Part shown: one piece after another, positions 12,644-23,166 of the stretch
How positions within the stretch are numbered: position 1 is the first letter of the stretch
How the letters are laid out: the number at the start of each line of letters is the position of its first letter
DNA from: Lingula anatina
Taxonomy: Eukaryota > Animalia > Brachiopoda
Assembly (NCBI GenBank): GCA_051362555.1
Contig: CM120645.1
Location: 5,270,001 to 5,334,000 of the forward strand
Direction: 5' to 3'
Length of the DNA: 64,000 nt
Notes under the pieces: model-generated
Seen by the model: the letters and a program-made list of their open reading frames with translations, nothing else
The model's database searches: none
What the model was told of the DNA's origin: nothing
Position numbers and translations under genes: made by a program

Positions 12644-13116
12644 CAGTATTGAACGTGAATGTGCACACGGACCAGGGACTATTTTTGCGCAAGAAGCTTA
12701 CGGCGGCAAGTGCAGGAGTATCGATTGCAGCAGTTGTTACAGTTTTTACCATCTGCGCTGCGTATCCGAAGCATTTTAATTTCTATTATGTTAATGGGCA
12801 TTTTCTTCCCAAGAATCTGATCAATTCATATTTTTCCATTAGCAATATGTGGACGACTTTTAGATATGTGAAGAAAATTAAATCGGTGATATTCAGTGAA
12901 AAGAAATTCTACTGTGACCCAAAGATTATCATTGTTGAAATCGCTTTTAAATCAACCTGTGATGATGATGAAAGAAAGAAAGTGAAGACCACCCAATCGC
13001 TGTTCACTTTCATCTTCAGTGCGGGACAGTCCTCGTGCAGGCTTGAGCACCCTGCGCGTCACTGAGCGTTCTGAGACGATGAACATATAGGCCTCTTCAT
13101 CCACCAGTTTGGTTGG

Positions 13117-13199
13117 TGACCCGTTTTCTACATGAAGCCAAAGTGTGCAAACCCTTTCGAAAAAGGTGCCGTTTGGTGGAACACTTTGAAAACTGGTCA
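13117..13199 (+). promoter_or_regulatory. SECIS element (type II) of SPS2
   Basis: Helix I TGACCCGTTTTC/GAAAACTGGTCA; core ATGA (13132-13135) opposite GGAA (13178-13181); helix II GCCAAA/TTTGGT; unpaired AAA (13149-13151); apical mini-stem CCTTT-CGAA-AAAGG. About 475 nt after the stop and upstream of AATAAA at 13388. Confidence 0.9.
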
Positions 13200-13387
13200 A
13201 CGTAATCACGAACAGTGTACCAGCTCTGGTTGTTTTGGCATCAGAAATTATTTCGTCTTGTGGTCGTAAAATTTTGTTTTGATTGTTGTAAATTGGATGG
13301 TAATTGTAATTTTCTTAAGATTGTACCAGCTTCATGTATTTCTCGTTTAAAACGTAGATAAACATGTATGTTCAAGTCATCATTCTG

Positions 13388-13393
13388 AATAAA
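13388..13393 (+). terminator. Polyadenylation signal of SPS2
   Basis: AATAAA downstream of the SECIS, just before repeat-derived DNA begins. Confidence 0.6.
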
Positions 13394-13639
13394 ACGGATC
13401 TATGTAAGCCTAGATATTAAGTCCTTTCTTGCCATATATTTATATTTGAGGCGTGTAATGAGGGAAACGCATGCCCATAATTTTTTTTGTATAATTTAAT
13501 AACATTTTGAATTTAATTATTAATATGACCACATGAGTAACTTCCGTTTTCGTAATATCGGGGGTTCTTGATAAGAAGCACAAGTTAAAATATAAGAGCG
13601 GCAAAAGGCCAAGATTTTCAGACTTGAACCCCTCATAGA

Positions 13640-13958
13640 TTACATTCAGATTCACACATCGTACTCGCTGGGTCGGTCCAACTCTGTGGGGGATTCTTGC
13701 TAATGTGGAATCGGATAAATTGACTCTCGCCAACTGCAGTCACCTTAACTGAATGACGCGACTCCTCTTTTTTAGACCTACGTCACCAGCTTGTCTGTAT
13801 TTTCTGATTTCACTCAGCAAGAGTCCTGACAGAGTTGGATCAGTCTCTATAGATCGATGATGTCCATGGGCGCATTCAGATTCACGCATTGCTCTAGCTG
13901 GGTTTGTCCAATCTACGATCGATCTGCATCGACAGATGGTGTCTTTGGGAATAGGACC
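13640..13958. mobile_element. Degenerate copy of the Harbinger/Tourist-like MITE family (see 33747, 35426, 37785)
   Basis: Shares ..GTCCAACTC..GGGATTCTTGCT and ..CAGCAAGAGTCC..AGTTGGATC.. internal motifs and the right end TGGGAATAGGACC followed by TTA. Left boundary uncertain. Confidence 0.55.
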
Positions 13959-14076
13959 TTAGTTCCCTTGTATAAACTGACCCAAACTGTACATTATTTT
14001 AAAGTTCAGGGTCTGTTGGGCAAAGTTATGTAGCCATTAATTGGAAATGGCGAGTTGCCGCATACTTGATTTCATA

Positions 14077-15660
14077 TTTTTATGTACAGACACAGATGTG
14101 TCTGTACATATTGCCATCACCTGCGTCTGTCGTCGCCGTCGTCGCCGTCGCCGATGCCGATGCCGTCGCCGATGCTGTCGCCGATGCCGGCGCCGTGCAC
14201 TTTCAGTGTTAACACGATAAGTGGAAGACAGTTTTACTTTTTGGCTTTATATTTACAGAGCTGATGAATATTCATAAAACGCAGGTCAAGTTCGAAAATC
14301 AGCATGATCGAGCCATTATTGTAGAAGTTATGCTGTTTTTTCACTTTTCAGCATATATACAACGCTGTTAACACATTTCAAGGAAAACCGATAGGCCTGT
14401 TGTCATGAAACTCACAGGAGCAATCAATCTTACTAAAATGCAGGTCAAGTTCAAAAATCCGCATGATCGGGCCACTATTTTAGTAGTTATGCTGTTTTTT
14501 CACTTTTTAGCATATATGCAACACTGTAAACACAATATAAAAATAAAAACAGATAGGCCAATTGTCATTTAAACTCACAGGAGTGGTCAATCTTACTAAA
14601 ATGCAGGTTGAGTTTGAAAATTAGCATAATCAGGCCATTATTTTAGAAGTTATGCTGTTTTTTCACATTTCCTCAGATTCAATTCTTAGGCATGTTAACA
14701 GTTTCATTATTTAATTAATAAGAAATGTAAAAGTGTTTGTTTGACATTTTCTGCATCTTTACAACATTGTTAGTTGATGTTGTAAAAATGATGGTAAACT
14801 TGTTATCGTGTATTGTGTAATAAAGTTTCAAAAATGGAAATAAACTCATTTCATTGCAGTTTGTCAGATTCAATCATTCACTATGTTCAGAATCTCAGAA
14901 TGGAAGAAATTGGACATTTAACACTGCTCTATTGATATTTTTCCCATCTCATCAATTTTCTTAGTTGATCATATAAAAATGGCAGTACACTGTTAATTTT
15001 GTTTTATGTTAAAAATTGTTAAAAATGGGAAAAAAACATTTCAGAACAGTGCGGTCTTGTTTACATTTTGGCATTTTCAAGTTGTGACTTTGAAGTTCCA
15101 TGGGCCTGAAGACCTTTGCTAGTCACATTTTCTGAATATCCATGATACTAATATTTTATTATTAAAAATTGATGGTCATTATGCTGTTAAACATTATGTA
15201 ATATTGCATCAAAATTTGAAAAAAACGTATTTTGGGCACTGCTCCCATGATGACCATTTAAGAAAAACCATGTCACTTACTGTTCTCAAATAGTACAGTA
15301 AATATGTACAGATGTGTCTGTACATATTGCCATCACCTACGTCTGTAATCGCCGTCGCTGTCGCCAGCGCTGTGCACTTTCATTGTAAGTGGGATAAGTG
15401 GAAGGCAGTTTTACTTTTTGGCTGTTTGGTATTTCTTACTGCCAGTTAAACAGTTTTTTTGTGAAAATTTAATTTTTCACATATTGGCATTTTCAAGGTG
15501 TGATTTTGAAGTTCCACGGGCTTGAAGACCCATGCTAGTCACATTTTCTGAAAATCCATGATACATATGTTTTATTATTAAAAATTGACGGTCATTATGC
15601 TGTTAACCATTATGTAATATTGCATCAGAATAGAAGAAAACACAATTTTGGGTGCTGCTG
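14077..15660 (+). mobile_element. Helentron/HINE-like composite repeat (hairpin head + GC microsatellite + about 160-bp tandem array), partly duplicated head-to-tail
   Basis: T-run, then perfect 13-bp hairpin TATGTACAGACAC-AGAT-GTGTCTGTACATA (14081-14110), then (GTCGCC/GATGCC)n at about 14128-14195, then three units AAA(C/T)GCAGGT(C/T)(A/G)AGTT...AGTTATGCTGTTTTTTCAC near 14278, 14436 and 14598. A second head sits near 15302, and 15063-15243 is duplicated at 15479-15660. Class assignment rests on architecture only. Confidence 0.65.
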
Positions 15661-18189
15661 CCTTGTTATATCACATTTTAGACAAATAAAGTTCCCGAAC
15701 AAGATTATGAGATGATGACAAGATTAGTTGATTCATGCTGAATGAATAGACTCATCTTGTTAACTTATCACCTTCCGCTTCCAGTCTTTCCGAATGATAT
15801 CCATTTTATTGCACCGTCCTTCTGTGATTCACCTAAATGATAGATTATGTGAAGATACATAAGAAAATTGAAACAAAAAACAGATCTGACATAGACCTAC
15901 AAATCATTTTATTCATCAAACAGACTCAATCCCGCCAGCAAAAAACTCCCGAAATACGTCACTGAGAATTCCTCCCGCCTGTAAAATAACTGACAGTTGT
16001 CATAACATTAATCCACATCCCCCCATTTCACTCCTTCAGCAGGTCGGGTGGACGCCCAGGTAAGAAGTGATAGCTAACACTGCAATGCGCGTAAGTGCAT
16101 CTTTATATTTATTCTGCTACCACCTGGTGTTTGTTAAGTGTATATAGAGCTGTAGACAGAAAGGAAGCATTAGGTACACGGGAAAGAATACACACATGTA
16201 AGTATAGGAGCTTTCACGTGTGATATTGAACAATGCTCGATCTGAACGAACATTTTTTTATCAACTGTTGATTTATAGGTAGGCTATGCTATATAGAAAG
16301 CAACGGGATAAAGAGCGCATGAAAGTGAGCGAAAAGTTCTATGCATACGCTCGCGAACGCAGCGCTAGTGTTATATTGTATTTTCCAAAATATTTTTATT
16401 CTTCGGTCTAGCTTAATTATTATCCATCAGTAAATTAGATGGGGACTTAACGTGTCTGTGTGCTCCTGAAGTCGAAATTAAGTGGACACAGAAGTTTGAA
16501 GAACAAAATCATTACTACTGATGGGAGCACGTGTTTAAGAGGGTTTGTAGGTAAAATTAAACCAGCCAAATAGTGTTGTAACAAATAAAACGAGGAGAGC
16601 ATGCAATTAACTATAGCTATAAAACCGAATGTCTAATAACTAAGATGTACTACACAATGTACCCGTATTGTGCTTTATTGGAGAGACCCGAACGTATTTT
16701 AAAACTTGAATTGTATTTCAACTTCTTGGTGGTCTCCTCGTAAATCCTATCTGGAGAAGGAGAAGATACGGACTGTTTATTACTCTAATACTTCCTTTGG
16801 ACTGTTTATTACTTTTGAAAGGTCGGTTATACAGCATTAATGGGTCCTAATGTTCTTTCACAAATTGCACTCGACTAGAGTGAATGATATCATTGATAGG
16901 AACAAATTCTGTCACTGAGACTGCCTGTATATAAAAGTAAGTCAAACTTTCTTCAAATTGTCAGACACAAATATCTTGATATTTGTACGTGGTCTTACAT
17001 AGATTATCGGTGTCTGCTTATTGCACGAGAGAACAATTATTTTGAACGTTAGCGTATAGCATATAGATCTTTTCTCTTACATGTGGGCGTTTTATTCCAC
17101 GTGCCCATTTAACAAAAAAATCTTTAATTGTGTTATTATGATTATGCACCGTTTTCCAAACAGAAAGTCATTTAGTAGTAGAATTCTTCAGACATGATAA
17201 AAGAGGGTATATGTGCGCTGTATGCATTGGGGATACTCAGGGTGCTAATTTTTGACCCGGAAGACGTTTGATTGTAATTTGTTATGTTTACCTCGTCTCC
17301 CTTTACCTTCTACCAGGGCCACAGATTGATTTTTCATGGGATATTCACAGATATGTCTTTAGATAAATAGACGGTCATTTTATTATCTCTGGATTTTCCC
17401 GTTTTTCCCTATATAATCTGCCACCCTGGTAGAGGGTATAGTCCTCCTTTGAGGCTTTAGATCAGTATCTGTAGACAGGTGAGACAGAGTGAATCTCATG
17501 AAATTTTCTCAGATAAGTCCAGGATACGTGTTCCTACTCCGTGCTCTTCCAGTTGCAATCCTAGCTAGATTATTAAATCACCTTGTATAATTTCCTTTTA
17601 CTCGAGGTTTAAAGCTATCACTTATTAAGCCACATATGAAGGGAACGACCATCCATTTCCCAACACAAAGTATAAACAAGATGGTTGTTGTGGAGAAGCC
17701 AATATTGGCATAGACTAATGAAAAATAAAATATATTTAATCCTTCAATTTTCACTGGAGTCGCACTATTCAGCGAGCTAGTATGAATTACAGCAAATACA
17801 AATCTGACAAATCTGACACCACGCTGCTGCAGGTGGAAGAATCTCTAATACTATTTTCAGGTATCTGCCAAATCTCATGCTGTGCACCTTTGGCACGTGC
17901 AGATCTAGCTTCTCGGCTTACTCGTAACAGACAGCGTCAGCCGGGGGGTTCAACAGAAATATACAGCGAACCAGTAAAGCCCTTAATCTTTGACCTATTC
18001 TTGGGTTTTGACCGGTCTTACGCTTTTAAAATCTCGTGGCAAATGTTTTTACATGCTACGGTTTATTATTTTTGTTCTTGAATTAATTATTTCTTTAACC
18101 AATATCTTTATTTAATTATTGCAAATACAACCTTGAATTTCAAGGATTAAATTTCGTTTTCAAGTTTTCTTTCACACAGTAGCTGAAAA

Positions 18190-18922
18190 ATGGAGAAAAC
18201 CGACCCTCAAAAAAAGAATGAGGAGGAGGAGGAAAGAGAGGAAAGCTACGATCCTCTCAAACTTTGTTCCCAAGAGCCGTACCCAGGGGATCAGGGTCTC
18301 CGTGACTGTGAGAGGGAGTTTTTGGGATATTACGGCCTGAACCAGCCGCCCCCTGTAGAACTGGAGGCAACCCCCAACCCGCAACTGGCTTTTGAAGAGT
18401 GCGAAAAGGCGAGACGTTTGTTTGAGGCGGGAAACTATGAGGAGGCACTCGTGCATTGCACTTGTAAGAAAATCAGATTAATCGTTTCATATTTCAGCTT
18501 TAGAAACGCGTTAAGAAAAAGAAAGCAAAATAATTTTATTGTTCCATATTTCAGCTTTAAGAACGATTTATAATGAAGCGAACAATTATCACTTTCGTAT
18601 TAACTACATATTTCAAAGCATCTCTTTCATTAATACACGGCACAATTTTGAACTCCAAATTTTGCATAAAGTAAATTCTTTAACTTATTTTGTTTTATGC
18701 ACATGTTTTTAACGTCTCCACTTCCAACATTGTGCAGGCTCCATTCGTAACGCAGTAGAAAACGCAGCAAGCTGGAAACTGCGCTGTGAAACCTACTTGG
18801 CCTTAGACAAACCAAGAGAGGCCTTCCGCGATCTTCTGGTGGCAAGGAAAGACAACAACACCCCCGAGATATGGACATTAGGAGGTACGGAAGGGGGAAA
18901 TATTTTATGTGTGTGTTTTACA

Positions 18923-18992
<70 letters not shown>

Positions 18993-21900
18993 TGGTAATG
19001 AATGCATAATTCGCTGAAATTTTCAATTTTGACTAGCTGAATCATAGTTCTTAAAGGGATAATAACTCTTTGTTTCGGCCAAAAAATGAATTTTCCTGGA
19101 GTAAACAACAATTTTCCCATACTTACCAATGGTTAATGAATCCATTTTTACATTCAAAGTTACTCCCTGTTTTTTTTCTAAAAAGTTTGGTTTTTTGTTA
19201 AGATCTCTTAACAGATTTTAACAGAGTACAGCCATCAATGGAGGTCACGTGGTCTAAATACAAGCTCAGATATCAGAAAAAATAGCTATAACTGCCATTT
19301 TTGTGGTAAAACAGAATATATTATATTTCTATGAGTTATTCACAATGTTTTTATTGTTAAATATAGATCTCATACGAAGAGTTATTATCCCTTTAACTGT
19401 ACCAAAATGGAACCGTTCGCCTTCTAAAATACCAAAAATTTTCGGGGCCCTAAACCCCACGCCAAAGGGGGGGGGGGGGGGAGGATCGGGTTCGCATCGG
19501 CGGACCCCCCTTCAAATAATCCTGGATCCGCCCTTGGCATTAACATGAAAAGAATTTGTGTTAAAGAGTGTCATCTACCTAAGTAATATCAAAGGGGGTG
19601 AGGTTTTGTTGAAAAGTTTAGTCAAGTTTATTATTATTATCATAAAATGCCCTTTCAATGAATGCAGGGATGATACGTTTCCGGCTATATATCGGCGGAT
19701 TTCCGACTTCTTGGGAGCCAAACATATCACTGGCCTAGGCGGTCCCCTGAACCCCACTCCATATTATCCGACTTTTTCACTAAATGTCAGTCTTGTCCCT
19801 GGAAATGAGTATAAGCATCCCACTGAATAGCCTGCCTGACGCTATAGGCTGCTTTCACAACAGCGGAGTAGCTAGTTCGCGGATCAAATATGGCCGACTA
19901 ACTTGAATGCTCGTGGCGTAATCCCCGCGGGGAATATATGTTAGTGTCTATTAGGGGATTAGGCGGCAAGCTTTTAAGTGGGTCGCAATATTTGATCCGA
20001 GGACAATTAGTCCGCTGTTCTGAATGCGGCCTACACAACAATACCGTTCTTACCGTTCTCTATCCAAACCTAGGTAAAATCCTGAAGGCGCTTGACATGC
20101 CTGTGTTGGCGGAGACGTGGCTGAGGAAGGCGACACAAGTCAGTGACGGGAAGCACAGAGAGGCGGCCCTATTGTTCCAACAGATAAGAACCAAAAGGTT
20201 GTACGAGCCCCTCACCACAGGGTTGCCTATAGAGGTGTGAAGAGTGCGGTGTTTGATGTCTTTTCTAAATTGAGGGAATAACTCAAATAATTTTTTTTAA
20301 TATATTGATAATGAAGATGATGAAAAATGAAACAAAAATAAATATCCGTATAAATAGAATAATGAAAACAAAACAGAATAAGTAAATAAGCATACATAGT
20401 TTTGGAATTGTCTTACGATGAGAAATCGTAATCCGGTGACCTGTTCAATCATATCTCTATATTGTTTAATCAGACGCTGTTGTTTTGCAGCTCTTGTGAC
20501 CTCAAGCCAAAAGTGTACCAGTATTTTAGTTCATATGCTAATATAATTAGGCCCTACTTCTCCAGGTCAAATTTATATTAAGAATATGGCCGTGGTGTAT
20601 TTGCACAGGTATATTTATACGCTTATATCTTTTTTCTCCAGGTCAAATTTGAAGAATACGGCCGTGGTATTTTTGCCAAGGAAGACTTCAATGGTGGCCA
20701 AATGGTATGGCGGGAGGTTCCAATCATTTCCGCGCAGACGAGCATTTCCCTCAAAGCTCCCGCGTGCAGCCAGTGCGCGCGCTCTCTTCTGACCGCAATA
20801 GACTATTTCGGCGACGACGTGTTACGAAGTATGAAACCGGCGGAGAGGAGGGTGGTGGCCAAATACTGGCCCCAGGTGAGAAAAGAAACACCTGGCAGAC
20901 CATATCTGCTGAAAATATGTCACAATTTCGATTTAAGGATATTCTTCCATTTTTTTCCTGCACGTCAGCGGTACAATGAATATTTAAAAACGGAAAATAA
21001 ACATTCATGCAAAGGTTTCAATATTTTGGCCAAGATATTTTATACTTTTAAATTTTTTTGGTTATTAATGCATCTAAAAACCCTCCTTTATCTTTTGGCC
21101 TACTTCAGTCTTACCATATGTTATGTGTTTTATATGATTTTTGTATTTTTGTAGCCTTCTGCCTAAGCTTACATTTCTCATTGCAGGTCTCTATCATCGA
21201 ATGCCCCAAGTGTCAACGCGAGAAATACTGCAGAGAGGATTGCCTCAAAGCGGCCTGGTATCAACACCACCAAGTTCTCTGCTCGAAGAAGAACAAAGCC
21301 GCGGCGGAGCTCTATGATTTTTGCGATAAGGGCGAGTTGTGCACGGAGGGATACTGGAGCGCCCCTTTCAGTCCAATGTCCGTCGCCCGGATCTGGGCCG
21401 CGGTTATTGCGGACGTTCGGCGCGCCGTCAAACAGGCGAGGGAGGATGGAGCAGACACAGATGAACCCACGGTTGAGATGTGGGCACACGCTAAGGCACC
21501 TTACCGCCGCTTCATCGCATACGGCAAAGCGGGACACGCGGAATGGGCGCACAAGATGGTGGATCTCATGAATCGTGTTTTCAACAATTTCCCCGATGGA
21601 ATTAACTATAAGATAGACAATCGAGAGTTTGAGGGTCGATACTACCAAGTCGCCTGCAACTGCCAATCCTTTTCGGACCCACAGACGCCATATCGACGCT
21701 TCCTCTCCCGCATGAAAGTGGACTCCAACAGCAAGCACGTGGTCCCCTATATGGCCAGTATTGGTGAACCGAAAGAAGCAGTCTTCGGAGGACTTTTCGC
21801 TCTGCACGCTTGTCTAAACCACTCCTGCGACAACGACGTAGAGATCTTGGATTGCGATGTCGGAGGCTTCCCTGGAATCGGTGTCCGCGCCCGACGGAAA

Positions 21901-22296
21901 ATCGCAGCGGGACAGGAACTCTTCTCCACGTACATTGACACCAGGACCGCCAGGGCAGAGCGTAGGGCCTGGCTGTTCCGGGCGTATAATTTTTGGTGTC
22001 AATGTAGACGTTGTCAGTTTGAAGGGGACGGCCCTGAAGAATGCTCACACTGCGGGGTCAAGCCCGAACAGGGCAAGTATTTTCTCGGATGCGCAAACTG
22101 TAAGAGGGCATGGTACTGCACTCCGAAGTGTCAAAAGATCGCCTGGAAGAAAGGCCATAAAAGAATATGCAAGACGAAGCATTCTGACGTAGTCTCTTCA
22201 GTAGAGGAGCCCGTGAGAGAACAAATTAGGAAGTTAGCCGATTTGTTTTACAAGGAGATGCCAAAAAATTTATCTAAACCAAGTGAATCAAAGTGA
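18190..22296 (+). CDS. SET and MYND domain lysine methyltransferase (SMYD5-like core) with N-terminal TPR-like region and a second C-terminal MYND finger; 641 aa, 5 exons
   Basis: Exons 18190-18463, 18738-18884, 20074-20234, 20642-20875, 21187-22296 (1926 nt). Motifs: GRGIFAKEDF (SET N-part), CSQC...CPKCQREKYCREDC...HHQVLC (MYND), LNHSC, GQELFSTY, FWCQCRRC (post-SET), then CSHC...CANCKRAWYCTPKCQKIAWKKGHKRIC (second MYND). Confidence 0.92.
18925..18990. repeat. (TA)n microsatellite
   Basis: Uninterrupted AT dinucleotide run in SMYD intron 2. Confidence 0.95.
19847..20031. mobile_element. Foldback MITE with long imperfect TIRs, flanked by TA
   Basis: Left arm GGCTGCTTTCACAACAGCGGAGTAGCTAGTTCGCGGATCAAATATGGCCGAC versus reverse complement of the right arm GGCCGCATTCAGAACAGCGGACTAATTGTCCTCGGATCAAATATTGCGAC; TA on both sides. 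Confidence 0.75.
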
Positions 22297-23102
22297 AAAA
22301 AGAAGAAAAGGACATACAAGAATATCTAAGATTGAGCATCCTAACTTAGTCTCACTCGCATAAGAGCTAGTGTAAGAAACATCAAAAAGTAAGCCTCTTT
22401 GTTTTACAAATTAAAGAGATCCTCAGAAACTTCCAACGAAATGAAATGAAGTGCAAGAGATTCATTTTGATCGATTAATCGATCGATGGATCGACAGATA
22501 AATTGGTTGATTGTGCAAGGACAGCAGGAATTCCAAATGTGGTAGCTGACCATTGGATTGCTAGCTTAAGGTCACCTGTCTCAATTCTTGGCGGATTTCT
22601 TTCTCCGATACCATCGCTTTGAACGTCATTTTGGAAGGATTCAAGGGAGTATTGTGAACCCAAGTCTGGCTTGGTAGGCCGTCGCATGCGGACAATTGGC
22701 ACATATTTTTTTATGAGAACGTAAGTGATCGCTTGGTCACATCAGCGTTGTGAACACGTACTTTTAATACTAGCGGTCAGTACGATGAACCCAATGTCTA
22801 CAGCAGGCTTTCGTTTTAAAATGCATGAAGTAAGCACAAGGCGAATTAATGACGCACGATACTACATTGAAACGGTATATTGTCCAGTCTGGTATGTTGT
22901 GAATTCTGGGGACTACATGCCACCCCCTTTCAAAATCTCGAAAATCGTATTAAGTGTTCTTCTAGATATTTTGGTCAATTTCTTTTGGCTGAAACGAAAG
23001 TGATTCCCAGCAAACACAGAGCGTTATTATTGTGTTACCATAGCGTTTATATCACCCCCACCCCCCCACCCCCCACCCCCCCCCAAAAAAAAAAAAAACT
23101 TA

Positions 23103-23166
23103 AGCGAGAATCCTCTCGGAGATAGTTCGATCCAAAGTCAGTACGATAGACTCTGGGAAAGGTCCC
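23103..23166. mobile_element. Right-end fragment of the Harbinger-like MITE family
   Basis: AGCGAGAATCCTCTCGGAGATAGTTCGATC...TGGGAAAGGTCCC followed by TAA resembles the right ends of the 33747, 35426 and 37785 elements. Confidence 0.4.

Noticed and set aside
12641-12652. Possible stop readthrough at TAG-CAG-TAT-TGA
   Set aside because: Context only partly matches CARYYA, and a second stop follows after two codons.
12960-13020. Second SECIS candidate (ATGA..13 nt..AA above a stem)
   Set aside because: No GA on the 3' side opposite the ATGA, so the kink-turn core cannot form; kept only as a generic hairpin.
12637-13065. 142-aa ORF overlapping the SPS2 stop
   Set aside because: Non-ATG start, lies in the 3'UTR, no recognisable domain.
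14082-14264. 60-aa Ser/Pro/Met-repeat ORF
   Set aside because: Translation of the microsatellite within the HINE-like element.
14278-14670. Regularly spaced repeats as a CRISPR-like array
   Set aside because: The intervening sequences are homologous to each other (true tandem units), the context is eukaryotic, and there are no cas genes.
15700-17750. Intergenic stretch examined for coding exons, RNA genes or retroelement ORFs
   Set aside because: No convincing exon chain, tRNA fold or RT/transposase motif could be recognised by eye.
21178-22192. Several long overlapping or antisense ORFs (e.g. 209 aa on the minus strand)
   Set aside because: Shadows of the GC-rich SMYD terminal exon.
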